Shown here: positions 18,370 through 31,123 of the stretch, in pieces
Numbering within the stretch: position 1 is the stretch's first letter
How the letters are laid out: every line of letters begins with the position of its first letter
Origin: an uncultured Arenicella sp.
Lineage (GTDB): Bacteria > Pseudomonadota > Gammaproteobacteria > Arenicellales > Arenicellaceae
Length of the DNA: 64,000 bases
Direction of reading: 5' to 3'
NCBI GenBank assembly: GCA_938045295.1
Contig: CALINO010000034.1
Coordinates: forward strand, 5,334 to 69,333
Notes under the pieces: generated by a model
Seen by the model: the letters and a program-made list of their open reading frames with translations, nothing else
The model's database searches: none
What the model was told of the DNA's origin: nothing
Program-made: the position numbers and the translations under genes

Positions 18370-19620
18370 ATGATTACATTTATTCTTGCCGCCACACTTA
18401 TTGTTCTCGCCACGTTGGCATGGTTGGTCTGGCCGCTGGTGTTTACCCGCAACACTTTTTCATACGCGCGGCATGCGCAAAACATTCATTTTGCCAAAGA
18501 ACGTTTGGCCGAATTAGAAGAACAACTCAAAAATGCCAGTATTTCCGCCACCGACTACGAAGCGCTCAAGTTGGAAATAGAAACCACATTAGCGCAAGAC
18601 ATTGACCTAGCAAACGCCAAGCAAGATGAAGGCTCCGCATTGCCTAAACGCCCGAATAAAGCCGCCATTACCGCACTGTGTGTGTTTTTACCCTTAGGCG
18701 CCGCCGCCATTTACACCTACGTTGGCACGCCGGAAGCATTCAAGCAAACGCAAATTACGTCTGACAGCCCTACCGCATCGGCAGAACAAGTTAGCCAGAT
18801 GGTGGCCAGTTTAGAGCAACGCTTAACCGACTCACCCAATGACATTGAGGGTTGGGCTCTATTGTCTCGCACGTATTTGGCACTGGGCCAGTTCTCCAAG
18901 GCGAAGAGCAGCTTGTTAACACAAATAGAGCTCGGAGACCGGTCTGCCGAAACCTACGCCACCTTGGCCGATGCCTCAGCGTTAGCGGCCAATGGCAATA
19001 TGGCTGGCGAACCCATCGAATACGCGAAAAAAGCGCTAAGCATCAACCCCAGAAACCGCCAAGCATTATGGCTAAGTGGGCTGGCTGCCGCTCAGATTGG
19101 TGATACGGCAAGCGCAAAAACGCACTGGGATATTTTACTTGACGTGCTGGCGGATCAACCTCAGCAACAAGCAGAACTGCGAGACATTATTGCTGAGGTA
19201 TTAGGCCAACAAGCATTGCCGGCTCAAGCTACAGAGAAAGAAAAAGAAAACACTCAAGAATCGGTTACTGCGCCAAAGGGCATTACCGTCAACGTGTCTA
19301 TTGCACCGCAAATGGCCGCTGCATTATCGCCCAACGACGCGCTGTTTATTATTGCTAAAGCGGTGAATGGCCCACCTGCCCCATTAGCGGTTAAACGCCT
19401 AACCGTGAACGACTTACCAATCACGGTAACCTTGTCTGATCAAGATGCCATGCTGCCTCAATTTAATATATCGTCTTTTGAAAACATTGCCCTAAGCGCT
19501 CGAGTGTCTAAGTCTGGGCAGCCAATCGCAAAACCTGGCGACATTCAATCGAATGAGGTTGAAGTGAGTAATACGCATGCCGACACGGTTGAACTTAAAC
19601 TGTCAGAGCTGGTTAAGTAA
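18370..19620 (+). CDS. ccmI: Cytochrome c biogenesis protein CcmI/CycH (TPR)
   Basis: Two N-terminal TMs, TPR region (PNDIEGWALLSRTY), C-terminal GPPAPLAVKRL...LSARVSKSG domain. Confidence 0.92.
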   Translation: MITFILAATLIVLATLAWLVWPLVFTRNTFSYARHAQNIHFAKERLAELEEQLKNASISATDYEALKLEIETTLAQDIDLANAKQDEGSALPKRPNKAAITALCVFLPLGAAAIYTYVGTPEAFKQTQITSDSPTASAEQVSQMVASLEQRLTDSPNDIEGWALLSRTYLALGQFSKAKSSLLTQIELGDRSAETYATLADASALAANGNMAGEPIEYAKKALSINPRNRQALWLSGLAAAQIGDTASAKTHWDILLDVLADQPQQQAELRDIIAEVLGQQALPAQATEKEKENTQESVTAPKGITVNVSIAPQMAAALSPNDALFIIAKAVNGPPAPLAVKRLTVNDLPITVTLSDQDAMLPQFNISSFENIALSARVSKSGQPIAKPGDIQSNEVEVSNTHADTVELKLSELVK

Positions 19621-19678
19621 TAAGCTTGCAGTTAAATCGCTGATATAAAACACGGCATCTAAAGCCAGTGCGCACATT

Positions 19679-19707
19679 AAAAAGCCGAACGCTATGTTCG
19701 GCTTTTT
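19679..19707. terminator. Bidirectional terminator after ccmI
   Basis: AAAAAGCCGAAC-gctat-GTTCGGCTTTTT between convergent genes. Confidence 0.85.
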
Positions 19708-19738
19708 ACGTTTTAAGTTACGTTTCGATGCTCAGTAA

Positions 19739-20224
19739 CTACTTTACTTGCTTGTATTGCCCGTGAAAGAACAGTAAAGGGGTTTGCGGGTCACAATCGT
19801 AATCTTCCACCGCACCAACAATAATTAAATGGTCACCACCTTCATAAACGTGCTCGGTTTTGCAGTGAAAGCGCGCCATACAATCAGGCAGTTGCGGCAC
19901 GCCATGATGACCTTCATACCACGGCACGTCTTCAAACACCGTATCGTCCCAGCTGCGTGATGCAAACAGGTTCGATAAGTGCTCTTGTTTTTCAGTTAAC
20001 ACGCTGATTGAAAAATAATCGGCTTTTGAAAACTCTTCAAATCGAGTTGATGATTTATCCACGCACCAAGACACTAAAGCAGGCTCTAGTGACACTGAAG
20101 CAAAGCTGTTTGCGGTTAAACCAATCGGGGTTTTCTTGTTATCTAATGCGGTGACCACTGTCACGCCAGTGGCAAATTGCCCAAACGCATCGCGCAATGA
20201 ACGATATTGTCTTTTTTGAGTCAT
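19739..20224 (-). CDS. Flavin reductase family protein (HpaC-like)
   Basis: FGQFATGVTVVT, GLTANSFASVSLEPALV, YEGGDHLIIVG, PLLFFHGQY. Start set at MTQKRQ. Confidence 0.88.
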   Translation of the reverse strand: MTQKRQYRSLRDAFGQFATGVTVVTALDNKKTPIGLTANSFASVSLEPALVSWCVDKSSTRFEEFSKADYFSISVLTEKQEHLSNLFASRSWDDTVFEDVPWYEGHHGVPQLPDCMARFHCKTEHVYEGGDHLIIVGAVEDYDCDPQTPLLFFHGQYKQVK

Positions 20225-20348
20225 AAGGGGTCTCTTTTTGTTGCGCGTATTATTAACTTTTTCACGGCGCAATGATACTGGCAGAACAGCAGTAAACGCG
20301 TGTATAGTGACTATTTTTAGCAATCAATTACACAAAGCCTATTTCACA

Positions 20349-20762
20349 ATGAGCTACGACGAAAATAATATATTTGCCAAAATTTTGCGAGATGAAATTC
20401 CTTGTTCAAAAGTCTATGAAGATGACACCACATTGGCGTTCATGGATATCATGCCGCAAGCCCCTGGGCACACCTTGGTGATCCCTAAAGAACCGGCCGA
20501 AACTATTTTAGAACTGAGCCCTGAAGCGGCCTCGGATTTGATCAATAAAGTACAAATGGTGGCACAAGCGGTAAAAACCGCCATGAAGGCCGATGGCATC
20601 ACCTTGTTTCAATTGAATGGTGCCGCCGCGGGTCAAACCGTACCGCACATTCATTTCCATGTTTTACCAGGTTCTATTCTCGGAGCCAGAACGCACGCAA
20701 GCGAGATGGGTGACCCGGCTGAATTAGAAAAAGTGGCGGCTCGTATTCGAGCTGAACTTTAA
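20349..20762 (+). CDS. HIT family nucleotide hydrolase
   Basis: YDENNIFAKILRDEIP, AFMDIMPQAPGHTLVIPK, histidine triad QTVPHIHFHVLP. Start at the ATG at 20349. Confidence 0.9.
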   Translation: MSYDENNIFAKILRDEIPCSKVYEDDTTLAFMDIMPQAPGHTLVIPKEPAETILELSPEAASDLINKVQMVAQAVKTAMKADGITLFQLNGAAAGQTVPHIHFHVLPGSILGARTHASEMGDPAELEKVAARIRAEL

Positions 20763-20803
20763 CTATGGTCTCTTTTTAGTTGTGGTGTCTCTTTAACCCG
20801 ATA

Positions 20804-21316
20804 TCACTTTGCCTGATCGGCCTTCTTTTGCTTTGCCTTTTGTTTTGCTAAGGCTCGACGTTGCTTAAAGAAGGCTTGCAACATGGCGGCGCTTTGCTCA
20901 CCCAGCAAACCGAACTCAAGATCACAGCGATGGTTTAAACGCGAGTCATCAAGCACATTAAAGATTGAACCGCCCGCGCCGGCTCTTGGCTCTTTGGCTG
21001 CAATAACCACTCGTTGCACACGAGCGTGTATTAAGGCGCCTGCACACATGGCGCACGGTTCTAAACTGACGTACAAGGTGCTTTGAGGTAAGCGATAGTT
21101 TTCCACCTGTTTACAGGCCATTCTTAAGGCATTTATCTCAGCATGAGCCGATGGGTCTTGGCTGTTTATAGGGCTATTGCTGCCTTCGCCCACAATAATG
21201 CCATCGAGTACTAATACCGCACCAACCGGTACCTCGCCTTGCGCTTCGGCTTGCTGTGCCAGCTCTAACGCGCGTTGCATAAAACGAGTATCTTCGTTGT
21301 TTATGTTATTACTCAT
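20804..21316 (-). CDS. tadA: tRNA adenosine(34) deaminase
   Basis: GEVPVGAVLV, PSAHAEI, NYRL, LEPCAMCAGALIHAR. Confidence 0.95.
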   Translation of the reverse strand: MSNNINNEDTRFMQRALELAQQAEAQGEVPVGAVLVLDGIIVGEGSNSPINSQDPSAHAEINALRMACKQVENYRLPQSTLYVSLEPCAMCAGALIHARVQRVVIAAKEPRAGAGGSIFNVLDDSRLNHRCDLEFGLLGEQSAAMLQAFFKQRRALAKQKAKQKKADQAK

Positions 21317-21324
21317 AACCACGT

Positions 21325-22164
21325 TTACAGGCTATTCACACGCCGTTCAATGCCGGCGCGTTGCAACATGCGAGCTGAAATTTCTTCCACCGATAACTGG
21401 GTGGTGTCGATATATGGAATTCGATACTGGCGGTATAGCATTTCGGCTTGTTTGACTTCATCAACACAGGTGCGCAAGGCGGCATAGTTACTGTTCGGCT
21501 TTCGTTCATTGCGAATGTCGGCCAACCGCGCTGGGCGAATGGTCAAACCAAACAATTTTTTTTGATAATCTTTCAAAGCATTGGGTAAGGCTTTGCGCTC
21601 TAAATCATCAGGAATCAACGGGTAATTAGCCGCTTTCACCCCGTACTGCATGCCCAAATAAACGCTGGACGGCGTTTTACCCGTGCGCGATACACCAATC
21701 AATATAATGTCAGCGTCGTCGTAACGATTGAGCTGCATACCATCGTCATTAGCCAGCGCAAAATGCACGGCATCAATGCGCTGCATGTAATTTTCGTCGG
21801 CCACGCGGCTGTCTTCTTTAAATATAGGCGTGTGCCCCACATTATGAGCTGATTTAGTGCCCAGTTCTTTTTCTAATGGTGATAAAAACGTGGAAAAAAT
21901 ATCGATGTAAAAACACTCGGTGGCGGAAATAATGCGGCTCACTTTGGTATCCACAATGGTGTCAATAACAATGGGGCGTGATTGACTCGTCTGCGCCTCT
22001 TTATTGATTTCAATGACAATATTTTGAGCCTTCTCAGGGGTATCAATAAACGGGCGAGTAACACTTTCAAATTGAATTTTAGGAAACTGCGCCAATAAAC
22101 TACGACCCAAATTTTCAGCCGTTAAACCGGTACTGTCTGACAAATAAAAAACTTTGCGTTTCAT
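21325..22164 (-). CDS. ppsR: PEP synthase regulatory kinase/pyrophosphorylase
   Basis: FYLSDSTGLTAE, ANDDG, GVSRTGKTP, AANYPL, SVEEI; divergent from ppsA. Confidence 0.95.
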   Translation of the reverse strand: MKRKVFYLSDSTGLTAENLGRSLLAQFPKIQFESVTRPFIDTPEKAQNIVIEINKEAQTSQSRPIVIDTIVDTKVSRIISATECFYIDIFSTFLSPLEKELGTKSAHNVGHTPIFKEDSRVADENYMQRIDAVHFALANDDGMQLNRYDDADIILIGVSRTGKTPSSVYLGMQYGVKAANYPLIPDDLERKALPNALKDYQKKLFGLTIRPARLADIRNERKPNSNYAALRTCVDEVKQAEMLYRQYRIPYIDTTQLSVEEISARMLQRAGIERRVNSL

Positions 22165-22334
22165 AAATTACCCTGTATGCATTGTTGAATAAGTGTACTG
22201 GCTTTCATTGAATGACAAAAGTGTTGTTTTGAGTTAAGAAATCGATATTTTGTGTCTCAGCTAATGCATTCTTTTATTGACATGATAAACTTGCAAGTCC
22301 ACGAAAAATCTTAATCCACCACGAGGATTAACCT

Positions 22335-24713
22335 GTGAGCGAACTAGCTAATACACACACTATTACGTTCGATCATCTCACCATCAACGACGTTGAAAAA
22401 GTAGGCGGCAAAAATGCCTCCTTGGGTGAAATGATCGGTAATTTAACCTCACTTGGCGTTTCTGTCCCCAATGGTTTCGCCACCACTGCTGACGCATATC
22501 GAGAGTTTCTTGCAACCGATGGCCTGGCTCAACGCATCAATGAGCGTCTTGACGCACTTGATGTTGATAATATCGATGATTTAACTTCAGCCGGTGCCGA
22601 CATTCGCCGCTGGATTATCGAAACCCCCTTCCCTAAAGAATTTGACCGCGCCTTAGAAATTGCATTTAAAGACATGCAAGGCGGCAATGAAAACTTAAAA
22701 GTCGCCGTACGCTCTTCCGCCACAGCCGAAGACTTACCCGACGCTTCGTTTGCCGGTCAACAAGAAACGTTCTTAAACATAGAAGGCATCGACGCGGTTA
22801 AACACGCCGTGCATGAAGTCTTTGCGTCTCTGTTTAACGACCGCGCTATTTCATACCGCGTACATCAAGGCTATGCGCACGAAAACGTCGCCCTGTCGGC
22901 CGGTATTCAGCGTATGGTGCGCAGCGAAACAGGAAGTGCGGGTGTTATGTTCACCTTAGATACTGAGTCTGGATTTGATGATGTGGTGTTTGTTACCTCA
23001 TCGTATGGCTTAGGTGAAACCGTGGTGCAAGGCTCGGTCAACCCTGATGAGTTTTACGTACACAAACCAACGCTACAAGCCGGCAAACCGGCGGTGGTAC
23101 GGCGCAACCTAGGCAGCAAGCTCATCAAAATGGTGTATTCGGCCGACACCACGGCTGGGCGCTCAGTCAACACCGTTGATGTGGACGAAGCCGAACGCAA
23201 ACGATTTTCCATTAACGACAACGATGTTCAAGAGTTAGCCAAGCAAGCGCTGATCATTGAAAAGCATTACGGCCGCCCGATGGACATTGAATGGGCAAAA
23301 GACGGCGATGACCAGCAGCTGTACATTGTGCAAGCACGACCCGAAACCGTTGCCAGCCAAAGCGATGCATCACAAAGAGTCACGTATAAGCTCAACAGCC
23401 GAAGTGACGTATTGGCTGAAGGTCGCTCCATTGGGCAACGCATTGCCTCAGGCAAAGTGCGTAAGGTCATGAGCATTGATGACATGAACATTGTTCAAGA
23501 CGGCGACATCTTGGTTACCGACATGACCGACCCAGATTGGGAGCCGGTAATGAAACGTGCCGCGGCCATTGTGACGAATCGTGGTGGGCGTACTTGCCAT
23601 GCCGCCATTATCGCTCGCGAACTTGGTGTGGCGGCCATTGTTGGTTGTGGTGATGCCACTGAAAAGTTAGACGACGGTGCTGCCGTTACCGTATCGTGCG
23701 CTGAAGGCGATACAGGCTACATCTACGCAGGCGAACTTGATTTTGAAAAACAAGTGACCCAGCTTGATGAGATGCCGGAAATACCGTTCAAGATCATGCA
23801 AAACGTGGGCAACCCGGATCGTGCGTTCACCTTTGCCCAATTGCCTCACGATGGCATTGGCTTGGCGCGGTTAGAATTTATTATTAACCGTATGATCGGC
23901 GTGCACCCTAAAGCATTAATTGAATACGACCAGCAAGCGCCCGATGTAAAAGCCATTATTGATGAATACATGGCTGGCTATGACTCGCCTACTGATTTCT
24001 TTGTGAAAAAGCTAGCCGAAGGCATTGCCACATTAGGCTCTGCTTACAGCCCTAAGCGAGTGATCGTGCGTTTGTCAGACTTCAAGTCAAACGAATACGC
24101 GCACATGGTGGGCGGCCACGACTACGAGCCTGACGAAGAAAACCCCATGTTGGGCTTTCGCGGTGCCTCACGCTACATTGCCGACAACATGCGCGACTGT
24201 TTTGAGCTTGAATGCCGCGCGGTTAAATACGTGCGTGATGAAATGGGCTTAACCAACGTCGAAATCATGATTCCGTTCGTACGTACTCTGGACGAGGCGT
24301 CGGAAGTCATCAAACTGTTGGCTGAAAACGGCCTAAAGCGCGGTGACAATGGCTTAAAAGTAATCATGATGTGCGAACTGCCGGCCAACGCTCTGTTGGC
24401 CGACGAGTTCTTAGAGCATTTCGATGGCTTTTCAATTGGCTCAAACGACATGACTCAACTCACACTGGGCTTAGACCGAGACTCAGGCATTGTGTCGCAC
24501 TTATTTGATGAACGTAACCCGGCCGTTAAAAAAATGCTGTCCATGTCTATTCAAGCCTGTAATAAGGCGGGTAAATACATTGGCATATGCGGCCAAGGCC
24601 CTAGCGATCACCCAGATTTAGCGGAATGGTTGTTTGAGCAAGGCATCAACTCAGTGTCACTCAACCCTGACTCAGTGGTCGATACCTGGGAACGGTTAGC
24701 TAAATTGAGTTAA
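22335..24713 (+). CDS. ppsA: Phosphoenolpyruvate synthase
   Basis: [66 protein letters not shown]. Confidence 0.98.
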   Translation: MSELANTHTITFDHLTINDVEKVGGKNASLGEMIGNLTSLGVSVPNGFATTADAYREFLATDGLAQRINERLDALDVDNIDDLTSAGADIRRWIIETPFPKEFDRALEIAFKDMQGGNENLKVAVRSSATAEDLPDASFAGQQETFLNIEGIDAVKHAVHEVFASLFNDRAISYRVHQGYAHENVALSAGIQRMVRSETGSAGVMFTLDTESGFDDVVFVTSSYGLGETVVQGSVNPDEFYVHKPTLQAGKPAVVRRNLGSKLIKMVYSADTTAGRSVNTVDVDEAERKRFSINDNDVQELAKQALIIEKHYGRPMDIEWAKDGDDQQLYIVQARPETVASQSDASQRVTYKLNSRSDVLAEGRSIGQRIASGKVRKVMSIDDMNIVQDGDILVTDMTDPDWEPVMKRAAAIVTNRGGRTCHAAIIARELGVAAIVGCGDATEKLDDGAAVTVSCAEGDTGYIYAGELDFEKQVTQLDEMPEIPFKIMQNVGNPDRAFTFAQLPHDGIGLARLEFIINRMIGVHPKALIEYDQQAPDVKAIIDEYMAGYDSPTDFFVKKLAEGIATLGSAYSPKRVIVRLSDFKSNEYAHMVGGHDYEPDEENPMLGFRGASRYIADNMRDCFELECRAVKYVRDEMGLTNVEIMIPFVRTLDEASEVIKLLAENGLKRGDNGLKVIMMCELPANALLADEFLEHFDGFSIGSNDMTQLTLGLDRDSGIVSHLFDERNPAVKKMLSMSIQACNKAGKYIGICGQGPSDHPDLAEWLFEQGINSVSLNPDSVVDTWERLAKLS

Positions 24714-24736
24714 GCGTTTTTCTATTATTTAGCAAC

Positions 24737-24774
24737 AAAAAGAGGAGGCAATAGCCTATAGCCTCCTCTTTTTT
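24737..24774 (+). terminator. Terminator after ppsA
   Basis: AAAAAGAGGAGGC-aatagcctata-GCCTCCTCTTTTTT. Confidence 0.85.
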
Positions 24775-24879
24775 ATTGGCCACACCTTATGCAAAATTAA
24801 AATAAGGCGTTTTCTTTTCCATTAACACGACAACGTTACACATTTGTATCAAAATGCATTTAGGGAAATCAAATGAGTA

Positions 24880-25485
24880 ATGAACATGAACTGGAGTGAT
24901 ATTGCCACCGCAGCAGTAACCTTGTTTCTTATTATGGATCCGTTGGGTAATGTGCCCATTTTTAACGCCATATTGTCTAAGCTTGAGCCAAACCGTCGCC
25001 CGCGTGTTATTGGTCGTGAGCTGGTGATTGCATTGCTCATTCTTCTGGGCTTTTTATTTGCTGGCAATGAAATATTGGCCTTTCTTGGGCTAACTCAACC
25101 GTCGCTGAACATTGCCGGCGGCATTCTTTTGTTTATTATTTCATTGCGCATGATTTTCCCTAGCCGCGCTGAAAGTAATCAAGGCGTCGAAACCGACGAC
25201 CCCTTTATTGTGCCGTTGGCAGTCCCCATGATTGCTGGCCCGTCCACCATTGCCGTATTATTGTTATTAAGTTCCAGCAAGCCTGAACAAATAATCGATT
25301 GGTCAGTGGCCTTACTGTTAGCCTGGTTGGTGACCACCGCCCTATTAATTGCCTCACCCAAGATATTAGCGTTAATTGGCCAACGCGGTGCCAGAGCCCT
25401 TGAGCGCTTAATGGGTATGATATTAGTAATGCTAGCAACGCAAATGCTATTGAACGGTATCTCCGAGTTTGTGCGCAGCTTGTAA
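24880..25485 (+). CDS. MarC family integral membrane protein
   Basis: LFLIMDPLGNVPIF, IAGGILLFIISLRMIFP, PFIVPLAVPMIAGPS, ALERLMGMIL. Confidence 0.9.
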   Translation: MNMNWSDIATAAVTLFLIMDPLGNVPIFNAILSKLEPNRRPRVIGRELVIALLILLGFLFAGNEILAFLGLTQPSLNIAGGILLFIISLRMIFPSRAESNQGVETDDPFIVPLAVPMIAGPSTIAVLLLLSSSKPEQIIDWSVALLLAWLVTTALLIASPKILALIGQRGARALERLMGMILVMLATQMLLNGISEFVRSL

Positions 25486-25527
25486 CCTAGAGACAGCCCA
25501 TTACTTCTAAACCCGTTACATTAACGT

Positions 25528-26778
25528 TTAGCGCGTAAGCGCATTAGCAAAATCAACACTGCTTGGGTTTTGAAAAACTTTAAGATCAAATTCATTCGCT
25601 ACCGCAAATAAGTGATCAAATATATCCGCCTGAATGGCCTCGTATTTAGCCCAATTTTTCTCAGCACTAAAGGCATACACCTCAAGCGGTAACCCGGCTG
25701 CAGTCGGCGCAAGTTGGCGCACCAACAGCGTTAAATCAGGGTTGATTTGAGGGTGGTTGCGCAAATACGCCAAAATGTACGCTCTAAACGTGCCCACATT
25801 GGTAATACGGCGGCCATTGACTAACGACTCTTTGGTATTGCTGTGGTGTTTTGCATTGTGCTCATCCAGCTCTTGCTGCTTTTGCGCAACATAATCTTTG
25901 ATGTAATTAATTTTACTGTACTTAGTAATTCGAGCCTCATCGCAAAAGCTAATGGAATTCACGTCAATGAAAATTGACCGCTTTATACGTCTCCCTTGCG
26001 ACTCTTGCATGCCACGCCAGTTTTTAAATGACTCATTAATCAGACTTTGCGTAGGAACCGTAGTAATGGTGTTATCAAAATTGCGTACTTTTACCGTGGT
26101 CAGGCCAATTTCCATAATGTCGCCATCGGCATTGTGCTGCGGTATTTCCACCCAATCGCCAATGCCAACCATGTTGTTATAACTCAGTTGTATGCCTGCC
26201 ACAAAACCCAATATTGGGTCTTTAAACACCAACATTAAGACCGCCGTCATGGCCCCCAAACCGGCAAACAGTTTTAACGGTGACTCACCAATCACGAACG
26301 AGACAATGGTAACCAGCGCAATAAAGTAAACCACCAGCTTGGTGACTTGCGCGAAACTTTGAATTGGAATTTGCCTTGATATTGAGAACGAACGATAAAG
26401 ATCAACCAATGAATCAATCACCGAGTCAATCACCAACACCAGAACAATCACACAGTAAATACTAACGCCAATAGCCGTGAATTTTGCCAGCACTGGGTAC
26501 CCTTCCAGCGCCATTGGCATTAATTTATAAATAACCCAACTTGGCGCTAAATAGGCAAAACGGCTAAACACCTTGCGGCGCACAAAAATGTCGTCTAAAT
26601 CAGACTCTGTTTTAGTAAACAGTTTATGAATTAAGTGAACAAAAATACGTTTCGCCGCAAAAAATGCCACCAGCGCCAGCAACAATACTAAGGCGCTCAT
26701 TACGGCGGCACTAACGGGTTGCTCAAAGCCACTAATATTAGGTATTTTGCCAACCCATTGTTGAATAAATTGTTTCAT
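25528..26778 (-). CDS. MscS-family mechanosensitive channel (YbdG/MscM-like)
   Basis: AGLGAMTAVLMLVFKDPILGFVAGIQL, GDWVEIP, TVKVRNFDNTITTVP, GRRIKRSI, GLPLEVYAF. Confidence 0.9.
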   Translation of the reverse strand: MKQFIQQWVGKIPNISGFEQPVSAAVMSALVLLLALVAFFAAKRIFVHLIHKLFTKTESDLDDIFVRRKVFSRFAYLAPSWVIYKLMPMALEGYPVLAKFTAIGVSIYCVIVLVLVIDSVIDSLVDLYRSFSISRQIPIQSFAQVTKLVVYFIALVTIVSFVIGESPLKLFAGLGAMTAVLMLVFKDPILGFVAGIQLSYNNMVGIGDWVEIPQHNADGDIMEIGLTTVKVRNFDNTITTVPTQSLINESFKNWRGMQESQGRRIKRSIFIDVNSISFCDEARITKYSKINYIKDYVAQKQQELDEHNAKHHSNTKESLVNGRRITNVGTFRAYILAYLRNHPQINPDLTLLVRQLAPTAAGLPLEVYAFSAEKNWAKYEAIQADIFDHLFAVANEFDLKVFQNPSSVDFANALTR

Positions 26779-26880
26779 TTTTGCGTGCTTCGTTTGTGAA
26801 ATTTATTAGTAAAAGAAAAATACTACGACCTTGATCTGGGTTTTCAATCCATGCTTTTTTGGCTTAGAGGTTTATACCGC

Positions 26881-29387
<2,507 letters not shown>

Positions 29388-29429
29388 TCAGAATAAAGAA
29401 CGTTATTTATCAACGTTCTTACCGTCAAT

Positions 29430-31079
29430 TTAAAACAGCTTTTTAGCCACCGCATCGCCCGGCATTAAGCCGTCTTGCTGCATGCTGTAAGCGATGTCTG
29501 AAATTTGCTGCATTAAGGTGGCGTAAGTACGCTGGTTCATGACTTTACCCGCTCGATCCACCACTTTGCCGTCAAGCCATGTGGCCAAATCGTTGGCGTC
29601 TTGCACCATTTGTTGAAACACAACCTCAGGGTCTCGTGTGGCGGGCACATTCATGTACACAACCAAATCGTGCACCGGTATGGCTGAGGCTTGTTGACTG
29701 TTGCCGACACCAAAATGGCCTTCGCCATCAGTACACGCCAATCGATAAAGCACCGTAATGTTATTTTTTTGCCCTTCAGTTTTCATAAAGATGCCGTTTT
29801 TGTCGGTTGACATCATTAAATCACGGGCGCAGCTTTGAATGTCGGTCATCCTAAAGCCAGACTTAGATTTTGGCACCACATTCAACACCGCCATGCAATC
29901 ATAGCGGCGCCCTATTTGGTCTAATATTTGAGCCTGCTGTAGCGCCGCATCAATGTTCATTGAAAACTCAAAAGGCGCATCATAACGTTCGCAGAACTGA
30001 TAAATCATTTGCTGAAAATCATACAGTTCTTTTTCGTTCATGGCGCCTTCTCGGTCGCACAACTGTATTGATATCCCAAGCTCTAAAAAACGAGCTGTCG
30101 GCAGCTCAAATTCAATATCACGCCACATGTCAGTCAGTTCGTTTAAGCCGTAAATATGAACTTTTCGGCTGAACTTGAAATCATGCTCACGAAACAAGCT
30201 GAGTAAATCACTCTGCTCTATTGGCCCGGGGTTTAATACCCGTGCCACCAAGTCGGTTATGACTGAGTCGGCATCTTTGAATACTTTAGCGTCACTGGCC
30301 GGTGCCGAGTTAGCATTAGTACTAGACGCTGGCGCTTGCTGTGGTGACGCCGTTGTTGCATCGCCTAGGCTTGGTTCAACGGAGTCTGATACGTTGGACG
30401 GGTTATTAGTAGCAAACGACGCATCAGTTTGTTCAGCCGCTTCGTGTTCATGACTATCAACAGTGGGCTCAATACGTTCGTCTACCGTATTGTGGCCGCT
30501 TGTTTCTGCATCTGCTGGTGTGTCAGCCTGGCTTGGAACTGAATTGCTACGTTCTTTTTCAATTTTGTCGCTCTTAGTGCTTTTAGCACGCATGTTCGCG
30601 TGTTTGTCGCGAGCACTCTTCTTCAATGCCGATAATGCCGATTTGGCTTTACTTAAGGCGGCCGCTTTCTTTTCTGCCAACGAGGCTTTTTCAAAGTTTT
30701 GAGTTAAACTTTCATCAATTTCATTGTCACTAAAGGCGTCTAAACCATCCAATGAATCTGAATTTGCGTCTGAGGCTAAACCCAAGCCTGAATCGCGGTC
30801 TAAATCGTCAGCCAATTCGTCTGACTCTTCATTTGCGCCTAAGTATTCGCCCAATATTTCACCCGAACCGTCAAGTTCTGGCTCAACCAGGCCGGTTTTA
30901 TCACTAATATTAGTGTCTACGCTGGCTTGGGGTTGATCAACGTTTGGCGCCACTCTCTCATCAAACAAGTCGACTTGCTTTGCCTGCTCAGCGCTTTTCT
31001 TTTGATGTAAAGAATACGCAATGACCAGTAAAAAAAGCACCAGGCCAACAGCAAATGAAATGAGGTATAAATCAACCAT
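29430..31079 (-). CDS. zipA: ZipA-like cell division protein with a long linker and an extended C-terminal domain
   Basis: N-terminal TM, long acidic low-complexity linker, folded C-terminal region ending PGDAVAKKLF; sits between smc and ligA, the canonical zipA position. Confidence 0.75.
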   Translation of the reverse strand: MVDLYLISFAVGLVLFLLVIAYSLHQKKSAEQAKQVDLFDERVAPNVDQPQASVDTNISDKTGLVEPELDGSGEILGEYLGANEESDELADDLDRDSGLGLASDANSDSLDGLDAFSDNEIDESLTQNFEKASLAEKKAAALSKAKSALSALKKSARDKHANMRAKSTKSDKIEKERSNSVPSQADTPADAETSGHNTVDERIEPTVDSHEHEAAEQTDASFATNNPSNVSDSVEPSLGDATTASPQQAPASSTNANSAPASDAKVFKDADSVITDLVARVLNPGPIEQSDLLSLFREHDFKFSRKVHIYGLNELTDMWRDIEFELPTARFLELGISIQLCDREGAMNEKELYDFQQMIYQFCERYDAPFEFSMNIDAALQQAQILDQIGRRYDCMAVLNVVPKSKSGFRMTDIQSCARDLMMSTDKNGIFMKTEGQKNNITVLYRLACTDGEGHFGVGNSQQASAIPVHDLVVYMNVPATRDPEVVFQQMVQDANDLATWLDGKVVDRAGKVMNQRTYATLMQQISDIAYSMQQDGLMPGDAVAKKLF

Positions 31080-31123
31080 GCTTATTGTGTAAAAGTTTCG
31101 CTATATGACTCACAGTAACACGC

